Shown: positions 21,082-30,857 of the stretch, one piece after another | How the letters are laid out: every line of letters starts with the position of its first letter | Numbering within the stretch: position 1 is the first letter of the stretch | Origin: a bacterium | Lineage (GTDB): Bacteria > Patescibacteriota > Microgenomatia > Levybacterales > UBA12049 | Length of the DNA: 64,000 bases | Assembly (NCBI GenBank): GCA_021780675.1 | Contig: JAJXYH010000004.1 | Coordinates: 5,668 to 69,667, forward strand | Direction of reading: 5' to 3' | The notes under the pieces: generated by a model | What the model was told of the DNA's origin: nothing | The model's input: the letters and a program-made list of their open reading frames with translations, nothing else | Databases searched by the model: none | Made by a program: the position numbers and the translations under genes

Positions 21082-23155
21082 TTAAATAATCGCCTGTTCC
21101 CCACAATTTTTTGTAAATTTCTTCTGTAATAAACGGCATAAAGGGGTGAAGTAGTTTTAAAAAAATAAGGTAATTATCAAGTAGATTTGTGTATGTTTTT
21201 GTATTTATTCTTTGTTTGACATCCTCTATGTACTTATCTGCAAATTCATGCCAAATATACTCATATAAATTTTGGGCTGCATGATTAAAATCATATAAAT
21301 TAAGAAGTCTGGTAATATCTTTTGCCAATGCTTTTGTTTTTTCGGAAACTTCCTTATCGCCAGCCGACAAATCACCATCTTTTTTACTTTCTTTCCTTTT
21401 CATTTCAATAAATCTTGCCATATTCCAAAGTTTATTGGTGAATTTTCTGGCTGCATCAAGTTTGGGATAAGAAAGTGATTGATCATTACCAAGTGCGGTT
21501 CCATAAACTAAGGAAAACCTAACAGCATCTGCTCCGTACTGATCTACCAATTCTAATGGATCAACAACGTTTCCCTTTGATTTGCTCATTTTTTTACCAA
21601 GTGGGTCGTTAACCAAACCATGCAAAACCACGTTTTGAAATGGGATTTGCTTACTTTCGTTTTCCACTTCGAGTTTTTTTTGCACATACAACCCTAAAAC
21701 TACCATGCGTGCAACCCACCAACGTAAAATATCATATCCTGTTTCCATTACTGTTGTTGGATAATATTCTTGGTTGTTCGTGGTTTTTAAAGTTGCATAC
21801 GGCCATTGTCCTGATGAAAACCATGTATCAAATGTGTCTTCGTCTTGTATTAAATTTTTGGATGAGCAATTCGTGCATTTTTCAGGTGCATCACCCTCTG
21901 TTACTACCCAACTCTTACAATCTTTACATTGCCATGCAGGAATTCTAATCCCCCAAACAATTTGACGTGAAATATTCCAATCCTTAATATTTTCCAGAAA
22001 CTGAAAATACATTTTTTCCATGTCTTTAGGATATATTTTTATAGCACCTTTCTTTACTGCTTTTATTGCCGGCTCTGCCAGCGGCTTCATCTTTATAAAC
22101 CACTGTTCAAGTGGTAATGGTTCAATCGGATTTTTACATTTATAGCAAAGGCCAATTCTATGTTTGTAATTTTCATCTATGTGGTCTATTAGCCCTTTTT
22201 CCTGCATTTCTTCAACAATAGCTTTTCTTGCTTGCCTTACATACATGCCTGAAAATTTTCCTGCCCTTTCACCCATTGTTCCGTCGTAATTAATTACTTG
22301 AACCATTGGTAGATTATGTCTTAACGAAACTTCATAATCATTAAAGTCATGTGCTGGTGTTATTTTTACAACTCCTGTTCCAAATTCCATATCAACCATT
22401 TCATCGGCCACGACCTTAATTTTTGATTTTCCCAAAACAGTTTCTATTTCCAGTTCTTTGCCGATATATTTTTGGTATCTTTTATCTTTGGGGTTAACCG
22501 CAACTGCCGTATCACCAAATTTAGTCTCAGGCCTTGTGGTAGCTAAAACCAACGGGCCATATTTAATATAATAAAGCGGGTTTTGGCGCTCTTCATAAAT
22601 TACTTCAAGGTCTGAAAAGGAGGTTCCATCAAAAGTACAATAATTTACCAATCTTTTTGCTCTATATAAAAGTCCATCGTCATAGAGATTCTTAAAGGTT
22701 TTATAAACAATTTTTACAATATCATCATCCAAAGTAAATTTTCTATTAGACCAGTCAAGTGAAAAGCCTAATCTTTTTAGTTGTCCTTCCATAACCGGTC
22801 TATTTCCCTGTACAAAATCCCAAATCATTTTATATAAAGTTTCCCTATCGTAATCAAAGCGTGACTTTCCGTCTTGCTGTAACTTTTTTTCAAATACAAA
22901 TTGTGTTTCAAACCCTGCATGATCTGCACCGGGTAACCAAAGCGCCCTCCGGCCCTGCATTCTTTTAAATCTAATTAAAATATCCTCAATCACATACATT
23001 GCATGCCCAAAATGTAAAGGAGCGTTAGCGTTTGGTGGTGGTAAAATTATTGAGTATTCTTTCCCTTTATTAACTTCCGGTGAAAAAAATCCTTTTTCTT
23101 CCCATGTTTTGTAAATTTTCTCTTCAATACCCTGCTGATTATAAACTTTATCCAT
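21044..23155 (-). CDS. valS: valyl-tRNA synthetase (compact, no long C-terminal coiled coil)
   Basis: HIGH-type motif PNANAPLHFGHA and KMSKSKGN. The TRPETKFGDTAVAVNPKDKRY segment is typical of ValRS. Confidence 0.8.
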   Translation of the reverse strand: MDKVYNQQGIEEKIYKTWEEKGFFSPEVNKGKEYSIILPPPNANAPLHFGHAMYVIEDILIRFKRMQGRRALWLPGADHAGFETQFVFEKKLQQDGKSRFDYDRETLYKMIWDFVQGNRPVMEGQLKRLGFSLDWSNRKFTLDDDIVKIVYKTFKNLYDDGLLYRAKRLVNYCTFDGTSFSDLEVIYEERQNPLYYIKYGPLVLATTRPETKFGDTAVAVNPKDKRYQKYIGKELEIETVLGKSKIKVVADEMVDMEFGTGVVKITPAHDFNDYEVSLRHNLPMVQVINYDGTMGERAGKFSGMYVRQARKAIVEEMQEKGLIDHIDENYKHRIGLCYKCKNPIEPLPLEQWFIKMKPLAEPAIKAVKKGAIKIYPKDMEKMYFQFLENIKDWNISRQIVWGIRIPAWQCKDCKSWVVTEGDAPEKCTNCSSKNLIQDEDTFDTWFSSGQWPYATLKTTNNQEYYPTTVMETGYDILRWWVARMVVLGLYVQKKLEVENESKQIPFQNVVLHGLVNDPLGKKMSKSKGNVVDPLELVDQYGADAVRFSLVYGTALGNDQSLSYPKLDAARKFTNKLWNMARFIEMKRKESKKDGDLSAGDKEVSEKTKALAKDITRLLNLYDFNHAAQNLYEYIWHEFADKYIEDVKQRINTKTYTNLLDNYLIFLKLLHPFMPFITEEIYKKLWGTGDYLIVSKWPYEESTK

Positions 23156-23190
23156 TAAGCAATTTTAACACAAGGCTATGTAAGCTTCAA

Positions 23191-24492
23191 TTAAGGTTTA
23201 ATTAATTTGAATCCTCTTGTTTTTACTGTCTGTAGTTCAAAATTACTTTTTTGCAGTTTTAATTTTGTCCTTACTCTTCCCGCCAACTTATCAATTGCCC
23301 AGTCTGAAATTCCAAGCTCTGTTGCCTCCGGCCAAACAGTTTCTACAATTTTGTCCCTTTCACAGATTTGATTTTCATTTTCTTTTAAGTAATCAAAAAA
23401 TAGAAGTTCTTTTTTACTGAACTCTGCTCCGCTGTCTTTTGCCTCTTCCGTTACTCTTTCTTTAACAAAATATGAAAATAATGGGCTAAATATGTTATTT
23501 ATACCTGATCTTTGTATTACCATACCAACGTCCCAAAGATATGAAGCTTTATCTTTTTCCTGTTTTGAAACTCTATTGCCAGAGGAAATTTTAACCAATA
23601 TTTTTTGCTCATTCGTTGTTAAACTTTCCCAAATTTCTTCCGATTGAAGTCTAATTCTTTCATCACCAAGAAGAATTCGCTTTATGTCTTCTTGTTTTGA
23701 TATTTTAATCTCAGGATTGTGAAGTGCAATTAATCCAAGCTGGGCGTACTGAAAGTGACCATCAACAAGTTTTAAAAAGAATTTTTCAAGATCATCTGTT
23801 AATTTAACTTCATATCTTTTTTTATAAAGCCTTAATAAAATTAAACTATCGTCTTCTGCTGAAGGTTTAAAATAAATATTTTTGTAAAGAATTGATAAAG
23901 AAGAATTTTTATTAAGCTCGGGAGACAGATCGTTAAATGGAAGAAAACTGGTAAAAACATAGGTAAGCTGATAATGGGTAAATTCTCTAAGCCCTTCAAG
24001 GTTTGCAAATAATTGTGGTGTTAAAGCATTTTTTAACCTGTCAAACTTAATAAAAAATATTGTAGGAAGAAATCCTTCTTCTATAATTTTTTTAATAGAA
24101 AGCCTTACCGAGTCAATCGTAAAGAATAAATCTTGCAGCTGTATGCTTTCTAAAAAAAGTCCTCTAATTTCATTTTTTACACCCTCGTTAATATTTGAAT
24201 TTTCAATTGAGTCTACAACCCTTTTTAATGTAAGTGTCCAAAAGGGAGCTATGTCGCATTCTATTAAATCGTTTAAATTAACCGGTATAAAAAGGTGTTT
24301 GTCAGAATCTTGGAAATAGTTCTGAACTACATCCTTTCGGTTAATAAAAAAACTTAAAAAATTACCAATCCCAACTCTGGTAATGCCGATTAAAACAATT
24401 GATCTCCTGTTTGAAATATGTCCTGCCAAATCTTTAGCATCTTGGTATCTAAATATTAACGGTTGTTTATAGAGTACAGATGTCTTATCCAT
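23191..24492 (-). CDS. transcriptional regulator: N-terminal AAA-like NTPase domain (degenerate Walker A) fused to C-terminal OmpR/PhoB-type winged helix; paralog of 40480-41913
   Basis: C-terminal DKIVETVWPE...DWAIDKLAGRVRTKL...LQTVKTRGFKL is a trans_reg_C-like wHTH. N-terminal GITRVGIGNFL and FFIKFDRL resemble Walker A/B. Confidence 0.5.
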   Translation of the reverse strand: MDKTSVLYKQPLIFRYQDAKDLAGHISNRRSIVLIGITRVGIGNFLSFFINRKDVVQNYFQDSDKHLFIPVNLNDLIECDIAPFWTLTLKRVVDSIENSNINEGVKNEIRGLFLESIQLQDLFFTIDSVRLSIKKIIEEGFLPTIFFIKFDRLKNALTPQLFANLEGLREFTHYQLTYVFTSFLPFNDLSPELNKNSSLSILYKNIYFKPSAEDDSLILLRLYKKRYEVKLTDDLEKFFLKLVDGHFQYAQLGLIALHNPEIKISKQEDIKRILLGDERIRLQSEEIWESLTTNEQKILVKISSGNRVSKQEKDKASYLWDVGMVIQRSGINNIFSPLFSYFVKERVTEEAKDSGAEFSKKELLFFDYLKENENQICERDKIVETVWPEATELGISDWAIDKLAGRVRTKLKLQKSNFELQTVKTRGFKLIKP

Positions 24493-24931
24493 AATCCGTA
24501 TATTTTAAATGTATCTTCAAATATAATCAACTTTGTCAGGTTTTTGTCAAAAAGGAGTCCCTTAATAGTCAAGCTATAATATCTCTGTGTTTATAAAATA
24601 ACTTAAACATGAATACTGTAGAAACAAGAAAATATTATCTTCAAATGAACAATCTCATTGCCCGCACAGAGGCAAGAAGAAAGGCTGAAAAGGAAAAGGC
24701 CACCGCAACAGAAGGTCACGTAAAAAGTTCTTTGTCTATCGCCGAGACACCACCCCACATGAATACATCTTTAAACGGGCCTGTATTTGAAGCTTAATTT
24801 ATTTAGAATATTTATCCTCCAATACTTAAAAATTATTAGAATGTTTTTCAAATAACTTAATTATTTGTGATTTCTGTTTTAACCCTTAATAAACTATTAA
24901 ATTTATTTTTGTAAATAATCAAATAAAATCC

Positions 24932-25098
24932 TTGACAAAAGTTTTAAATATTAATCAAGAAACCTGGACAAAGTGTTTTAAATGTTGGACAAATTATTTT
25001 TTAGCTTCGGGGTTTTTATTAAAGTTTTTCGAGCCATCAAGCTTCTAAAATGATTTAAACAAAAAATATTCGAAACGGAAACTTAAAACTTAAGGACA
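24932..25098 (+). promoter_or_regulatory. direct repeats T(T/G)GACA...TTTTAAAT upstream of the regulator gene; possible OmpR-family binding sites
   Basis: TTGACA at 24932, TGGACA at 24965 and 24986, GGACA at 25094. Spacings of 33, 21 and ~107 bp approximate integral helical turns. Confidence 0.3.
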
Positions 25099-25120
25099 TT
25101 TGTTAAACAAGATTTTAAAT

Positions 25121-26833
25121 TTATAATCCAATTAGGTTAAAAATAGCTTGTTCGTTTTTGTTGTTAAAAATAATTATCATGTTTTTTTCTTTTATCTGAT
25201 TAATAACATAATTTACAAGTTCTAAACTTAAATATTTTTTAGGGCTAGCGTTTTGTTTTGTCAAAATTTTATTAAACTGATTTTGGAAATCCTTGTTAAC
25301 AATAATTAAACCTTGAATTTTATCTTGCGGGTTTAAATTTGTTAAAACTGCTGATAGACTTGCTTTGTTTGATAAATTATTGGGGTTAAAATTTTCTATT
25401 TTACCATTTTTCATATCAAACGTTGCATATGATGACAAAATGCTATTTCGAGAAAAAGATTTTGGATTTTCTGTAACAAGCAGTAGGTAGCTACTGCTTG
25501 TGTTATAAGCGATATTGTCTGCCCAAAAATCCGTTGTGGGGGTTAGTGAATATAAATTAGTTAAACTTGTTGTTCTATTTGTATTTCCTAATAAATACAA
25601 ATTGTAGTGTGCATTCTTGTAAAGTAGCATCGAACTCGCCAGATCTCTACCTACGTTTTTAGACTGTCCTGTTAATATATTCGAAAATGTAATTAAGAAA
25701 TTTGAGGTTTGACCGTACACATCTTCCAAAGCGGTATAATTATTAAAATTATTTTCTAGGTTTTTAAAGGTATTACCATTGTTAAAAAAACCAAACTCTG
25801 TTTTTAAAATATTATCGGAAACTATAAAAACAGGTTGTAAAAATTTTGTACTTTGATAAATAATGCTTGTGTATTCTAAATTTCCGTTGTCAAGTTGTGT
25901 TTTTGTATATCCAGTAATTATTTTTTGAGTGAAGCTTAATAAGGCAACAAAAATAAGCGGTAGAATAACCAAACTAAACAAAAATACGGTAGTTAAAAAA
26001 ATTGAGTTTTTATTTTTTATTTTTTTTACTTGTGGTTTTAATTGAATTTGATCCGTGGGGTCAAGATCTATTTTTTTTATCTTGTCTATTAGACTGTAAT
26101 TTTCTCCCAAAATGTACCTGCCGGTTAATTGTGGAAGTCCTTTCTTTTGGCGTTTTGCTTCTTCTACAAAATTTAATCTTATTTCTGGATGAATTTTTTT
26201 AAATGCTGCGGCAAAGGTCAGTAATGTAATCTTGTTTTGAGGATAAATTAGAAACAGTTTCTCTTTATTCTCAGAAAAACTAATTTCCAGGATTGCGTCT
26301 ATTAAATCGTCAATTAAAACAGGGTAAACCTCTCCTGTTCCGTCTCCCGGAATATTAATTTTCCATTCCCTTTTTATTCCCTCCAGTATTGTATTTATGG
26401 TGTTATTAAAACCTATTACGCTTTTCGTGCCAAAAACATCCCCATAAACACCGATTTTGAATTGCTCCTGCTCAAAAGCAGAAGCTAAATACGTTTTACT
26501 ATTTAATTGTTCATAATCAACGATAAAAAGCAAAAGAGAATTATCTTTTTTTGCTCTCTTTATAAAAAAATCTACTGTCTTTTTGTCGTATTCGATTTTT
26601 TCATCTATAACAATTATGTGGGAGAATACATTATCAGGAATCTGATGTAAATTATTTTTATATGGAATATGTATTATTTTATTTAGAGATGGTTTTTTAG
26701 GGCTTACTAAAATAACTTCTATTTCTTGCTGTATTTTAGCTGCCAGGTTTTCACCAATTAATCCTTTTGTGTCAACGATTAATATTGGGTTATTTTTATT
26801 GTCAACTGTAGTAAAAAAGGCGGAGCGGCTCAT
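25121..26833 (-). CDS. membrane protein: N-terminal cytoplasmic Rossmann-like domain, one TM, large extracytoplasmic domain; hypothetical
   Basis: 570 aa. ILIVDTKGLIGENLAAKI GxxGxxG-like start. TM at about residue 275. Confidence 0.35.
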   Translation of the reverse strand: MSRSAFFTTVDNKNNPILIVDTKGLIGENLAAKIQQEIEVILVSPKKPSLNKIIHIPYKNNLHQIPDNVFSHIIVIDEKIEYDKKTVDFFIKRAKKDNSLLLFIVDYEQLNSKTYLASAFEQEQFKIGVYGDVFGTKSVIGFNNTINTILEGIKREWKINIPGDGTGEVYPVLIDDLIDAILEISFSENKEKLFLIYPQNKITLLTFAAAFKKIHPEIRLNFVEEAKRQKKGLPQLTGRYILGENYSLIDKIKKIDLDPTDQIQLKPQVKKIKNKNSIFLTTVFLFSLVILPLIFVALLSFTQKIITGYTKTQLDNGNLEYTSIIYQSTKFLQPVFIVSDNILKTEFGFFNNGNTFKNLENNFNNYTALEDVYGQTSNFLITFSNILTGQSKNVGRDLASSMLLYKNAHYNLYLLGNTNRTTSLTNLYSLTPTTDFWADNIAYNTSSSYLLLVTENPKSFSRNSILSSYATFDMKNGKIENFNPNNLSNKASLSAVLTNLNPQDKIQGLIIVNKDFQNQFNKILTKQNASPKKYLSLELVNYVINQIKEKNMIIIFNNKNEQAIFNLIGL

Positions 26834-26843
26834 TTACCTTATT

Positions 26844-27272
26844 TTAGGGATTATTTAATTTATTGTCTAGCGCAATATTAACAAGGGCATCTGCTTGTTT
26901 ATTTTTTTCTCTTGGAATGTGGTTATAAAAAATTGGGACGGAAAGTATATTCTCAAGTGTTTTTACTTCAAAAACCAAACTTCTAATTGATTCATTTTTG
27001 ACCTTATAAAGACCTGTAAGCTGAGAGTAGGCGAGTTGGGAATCCATATAAAAAGTAATCTTGTTTATATTTTCTTTTTGTTTATTTTCTACAGCCCAAT
27101 CAAGTCCGCTAATTATCGCCTGATATTCGGCAGTATTATTTGTAGTTTCGCCAATATATTTGGCAATTTTGGCAAGTGGTATACCCTCCGAATTAGTTAT
27201 ATATGCTCCGAGCGCAGCAGGACCCGGGTTTCCTCTTGATCCTCCGTCTGTGTAAATTATAATATCGGCCAT
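26844..27272 (-). CDS. rnhA: ribonuclease HI
   Basis: IYTDGGSRGNPGPAALG, TNNTAEYQAII and YMDSQL catalytic DEDD motifs. Confidence 0.8.
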   Translation of the reverse strand: MADIIIYTDGGSRGNPGPAALGAYITNSEGIPLAKIAKYIGETTNNTAEYQAIISGLDWAVENKQKENINKITFYMDSQLAYSQLTGLYKVKNESIRSLVFEVKTLENILSVPIFYNHIPREKNKQADALVNIALDNKLNNP

Positions 27273-27311
27273 ATTGCAGTTTATTAAATTAAGCTCAAAA
27301 TATAAATGAGG

Positions 27312-27755
27312 CTATTTAGGCTTTACAATTAAAACCCTGTTTTTTCCTTCTCCGCTGGATTCCGTTAAAACTTCATCGTCATTTTGCAAAACCATATGAA
27401 CAACTCTTCTTTCCCAGGCTTTTAAATCTGTTAAGTAAACTTCTTTTTGACCAAATAGGGCTTTTTCTTTTGCATCCAGTGCTAATTTCTCAAGCCACTC
27501 TTCGCGGTTTTTTTTATAATCTCCAACTTCTATTGAAACTCTCTTAAAAACTCCTGTTTCTTTTGCCAAAATTAAAGCTAAAATAATTTGTAAAGCTTCT
27601 AGGGTTTCTCCGTGGTAACCAATTATTATCCCCGAGTCTTCGGTTTCTAAATTTACAAATATTGTTTCATCTTCTTCTTTTACTTCGGTTTTTGCATTCA
27701 GTCCTAAAAGTTCAAGAAATTTCTTTATTGTATTTTCTGGTTTATTTTTTGCCAT
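27312..27755 (-). CDS. jag: Jag/KhpB-type RNA-binding protein (KH + R3H domains)
   Basis: GIIIGYHGETLEALQ (KH) and a C-terminal R3H-like segment. Conserved position downstream of yidC. Confidence 0.65.
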   Translation of the reverse strand: MAKNKPENTIKKFLELLGLNAKTEVKEEDETIFVNLETEDSGIIIGYHGETLEALQIILALILAKETGVFKRVSIEVGDYKKNREEWLEKLALDAKEKALFGQKEVYLTDLKAWERRVVHMVLQNDDEVLTESSGEGKNRVLIVKPK

Positions 27756-28572
27756 ATATTTTATCTATCCATTCTTTAAGCCCACCCAGGCCTGAAACTT
27801 TATACTGCTGTATGATACCAAAAATAGTGAAAGTATTCCAGTATAGCGATAGACCAATAGGGAAGTTGTAGGAAAAAAATCCAATCATTACAGGCATAAG
27901 ATAAGTCATTTGCGTTTGCATGGCGGATGTGAAATCCTCACTTCCTTTTTCTCCCTTTTTAGCAAGTTTGTTTTTTTCTTCTGCAGTTTTTGGAGCTGCC
28001 GTAATCATCATTTTTGACTGAATTAACTGAAAAACGCCGGTAAGTATTGGAACCAATAAGACCATCCAACCCATTGTTAAAATAAGGTGTGATGGGTTTT
28101 GACCAAGCGGAAGTCCAAAAAAAGTTAAATCCCAAGCCTTTGTGAGCTTAAGCTGTTCAGAATATAAAACTTTATTTACCGATGCTATATTGTATTTAAC
28201 AACATCTTGTAAAACATTATATAAAGCGTATATGAGCGGAAGCTGTATAAGAAGAGGTAGACACCCTGCCATTGGATTAACACCAAATTCTTTGTAAAGC
28301 TTCATTGTTTCTGCCTGTAGTGTTTTAGCGTCATCTTTATGTTTTTCTTTAAGTTTTGCAAGGTGAGGATTTAATTCCTGCATTTTTTTTGTTGCCTTAA
28401 GCTGAGATGTGGTAAGGGGATACAAAACTAATCTAATTACAATTGTTAACACTATTATGGAAAATCCCAGGGCAAACGGAATGTGTAGAAAATTTAAAGA
28501 TTGATAAATTACTACTATTACGTTTATTAATGGGTGAGACAGATAAAGAAAATTTGAAATATCTCCGTTCAT
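27742..28572 (-). CDS. yidC: membrane protein insertase YidC
   Basis: 276 aa. Conserved GCLPLLIQLPLIYALY and a C-terminal basic tail. Confidence 0.85.
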   Translation of the reverse strand: MNGDISNFLYLSHPLINVIVVIYQSLNFLHIPFALGFSIIVLTIVIRLVLYPLTTSQLKATKKMQELNPHLAKLKEKHKDDAKTLQAETMKLYKEFGVNPMAGCLPLLIQLPLIYALYNVLQDVVKYNIASVNKVLYSEQLKLTKAWDLTFFGLPLGQNPSHLILTMGWMVLLVPILTGVFQLIQSKMMITAAPKTAEEKNKLAKKGEKGSEDFTSAMQTQMTYLMPVMIGFFSYNFPIGLSLYWNTFTIFGIIQQYKVSGLGGLKEWIDKIYGKK

Positions 28573-28574
28573 AA

Positions 28575-28787
28575 TTAATATCCTTTATAAAATGGTTGGC
28601 ATTTTAAAAGCCTTAAAACCGATAAATAAGATCCTTTAATCGTACCATGCTTGCTAATTGAGGTTTTTGCATATTCGGAGCATGTTACTGAAAACCTACA
28701 GCCACTATTTACCCCAAAAAGCTGCACAAACGCTGGTGAGATAAGTTTTTGATACAAATTTATTGTTTTAATAATTAATGTTTTCAT
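28575..28787 (-). CDS. yidD: membrane protein insertion efficiency factor YidD
   Basis: YQKLISP...CRFSVTCSEYA motif. Confidence 0.8.
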   Translation of the reverse strand: MKTLIIKTINLYQKLISPAFVQLFGVNSGCRFSVTCSEYAKTSISKHGTIKGSYLSVLRLLKCQPFYKGY

Positions 28788-29112
28788 TCAAAATTCCTGC
28801 TTTTTTAAAAATCTTTCCCATTTGTAAAAGAATATCTTCCTCGTCTTTAAATTCAAGAATTGTTTTTGCAATAACAATTATACTTATTCCCGGTTTAAAG
28901 TTTTTAATAAAGCTTTTAATCGCTTTTTTTAAAACCCTTTTTGTCTTGTTTCTATCAACTGCCCTTTGGGCTGTTTTTTTAGAAATGACAAACATGTGAT
29001 CTTTATTACCTTCTTTATTTAGATAAATTTTTATCCTAAATAGGGAAGTGTCAAAAATTTCCGCTTTTTCTTTATTATTTAAATAAAACGGGCGGTTTGT
29101 TTTTTTAAGCAT
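28768..29112 (-). CDS. rnpA: ribonuclease P protein component
   Basis: 114 aa basic protein with KTAQRAVDRNKTKRVLKKA. Position between rpmH and yidD. Confidence 0.8.
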   Translation of the reverse strand: MLKKTNRPFYLNNKEKAEIFDTSLFRIKIYLNKEGNKDHMFVISKKTAQRAVDRNKTKRVLKKAIKSFIKNFKPGISIIVIAKTILEFKDEEDILLQMGKIFKKAGILNENINY

Positions 29113-29247
29113 TTAAACTGTTAGTTTTTTTCTGTTTGCCGATTTTCTTCTTTTTAAAAGCTTTTTTCCCGAGTGTGTTTTTGATCTTTGCAAAAACCCG
29201 TGTTTTTTTGCTCTTTTTCCTTTCTTTAAAGTTATAAATTTTTCCAT
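29113..29247 (-). CDS. rpmH: 50S ribosomal protein L34 (not in ORF track, 44 aa)
   Basis: Reverse translation gives MEKFITLKKGKRAKKHGFLQRSKTHSGKKLLKRRKSANRKKLTV, the L34 signature (...THGF..R......G...L..RR.KGR..LTV). Confidence 0.85.
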   Translation of the reverse strand: MEKFITLKKGKRAKKHGFLQRSKTHSGKKLLKRRKSANRKKLTV

Positions 29248-29370
29248 TCTCAAAGTATACCAGAACTTAACATTGTTTTAAAGACGCTGTGTATTTTGAA
29301 AACGATATAGTTTTATCCACTTTTGTTATCTTGACAAAAAGTTATCCACATTATTAAACTGCATAACACA
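29248..29370. promoter_or_regulatory. oriC-type region: DnaA boxes between rpmH and dnaA
   Basis: TTATCCACt at 29313-29321 and a perfect TTATCCACA at 29342-29350. Confidence 0.6.
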
Positions 29371-30729
29371 ATGCAAGACTATAAAGATACTTGGAATAAG
29401 ATTCTAGCAGAGGTTGAACTGGAGGTATCCAGAGCTAACTTTCTTACGCTTTTTAAAAGAACGCAAATCCTGTCTATTGAAGACGGGGTAGTGACAATTG
29501 CCGCACCGTCCGCAATGATTGTCGATCTTTTGCAACGAAGGTTTTATGAAGTAATTAAAAAATCAACCGATAAGCATGTTGGGGAAAACTCAAAGCTTGT
29601 TTTTGTTCCAAAAACAATCGCTGAAAATATTGAAAAAGTACATGATGATCCCAATACTCTTTTTGCCAACAGTGGTGTTCAAAAGACAAGTTCTGTGGCA
29701 AGACCCCCAAGAGTAAGAGTAGATTATACTTTTGAAAACATGGCAGTTTCTTCGAGTAATCAACTCGCTTTTGTTAGTGCCTCAACTGTTGCAAAAAAAC
29801 CGGGCGATACCTATAACCCCTTGTTTATTTATGGCCCAACAGGGGTTGGAAAAACCCACCTTATGCAGGCAATTGCAAATGAAGTTTTTAAAAATAAACC
29901 AAATGGTAAGATTTTGTATACGACCAGCGAAGAGTTTACCAACGAAGTTGTTGAGGCCATAAGAACCAACAATACACAAAACATGAAGAAAAAATTTAGA
30001 GATTTGGATTTACTTATTATCGATGACATTCAGTTTGTAGCCGGCAAAGAGAGGGTTCAAGAAGAGCTATTTCACACCTTTAACACGCTCGTTGATAAAA
30101 ATTCACAGATTGTTCTTTCATCCGATAGAAGGCCTGAAGAAATTAAACAGGTTGAAAAAAGGCTTATTTCTCGGTTTTCCGGAGGTTTAACTGTTGACGT
30201 TGATATTCCGGATTTTGAACTTCGAACTGCAATACTTTTAATAAAGGCTAAAAAATATGATTGTGAGTTAAGCATAGATGCTGCAAAACTTATTGCACAA
30301 AAAGCCTCTGATGCAAGGGGATTAGAAGGACTTTTATTAAGAATAATTACCCAGGCACAAGCGCTTAATAAAGATATCGACGAAAGTTTAATCTCTTCTG
30401 TTTTGTCTCTTAGTAGGGACGAAAAAATTAACTCTTTTCATCCCGATGAATTAATTAAAAACATTTGTAATTACTACAATGTTAAACCAACACAGCTTAA
30501 AAGCCCCAAGAGGGATGCTTTTTTGGTTAGACCAAGACAAATTGCAATGTATTTATTAAAAAAAGAGGTTGGCTTAACATTTGTTGAAATTGGTAACCTT
30601 TTGGGGGGGAGAGACCACACAACTGTTATGCACGGAGTTGAAAAGGTGGAAAACCTTTTGGAAAACCCCTTAGTTTCAGAGGATATCATGAGGATAAGTA
30701 AAAATATTGTTGATAAAAATGTGGATTAA
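29371..30729 (+). CDS. dnaA: chromosomal replication initiator DnaA
   Basis: Walker A GPTGVGKTHL, Walker B LLIIDDIQF, C-terminal DNA-binding domain (GGRDHTTVMHG). Confidence 0.9.
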   Translation: MQDYKDTWNKILAEVELEVSRANFLTLFKRTQILSIEDGVVTIAAPSAMIVDLLQRRFYEVIKKSTDKHVGENSKLVFVPKTIAENIEKVHDDPNTLFANSGVQKTSSVARPPRVRVDYTFENMAVSSSNQLAFVSASTVAKKPGDTYNPLFIYGPTGVGKTHLMQAIANEVFKNKPNGKILYTTSEEFTNEVVEAIRTNNTQNMKKKFRDLDLLIIDDIQFVAGKERVQEELFHTFNTLVDKNSQIVLSSDRRPEEIKQVEKRLISRFSGGLTVDVDIPDFELRTAILLIKAKKYDCELSIDAAKLIAQKASDARGLEGLLLRIITQAQALNKDIDESLISSVLSLSRDEKINSFHPDELIKNICNYYNVKPTQLKSPKRDAFLVRPRQIAMYLLKKEVGLTFVEIGNLLGGRDHTTVMHGVEKVENLLENPLVSEDIMRISKNIVDKNVD

Positions 30730-30857
30730 TAGAATTGTCTTTTAACCCCCTTTTTTTACACATTCTTATCAACTCTTTATCCACATTTTTTTGAGGTTGC
30801 CTTCTTGCTTTTTTCCACTTTTCAATATAAACTACTACAACTACAAATAGTAAATAT
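30730..30857. promoter_or_regulatory. dnaA-dnaN intergenic DnaA-box/AT-rich region (second part of origin)
   Basis: TTATCAACT at 30766-30774, a perfect TTATCCACA at 30777-30785, then an AT-rich stretch at 30800-30857. Confidence 0.55.
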
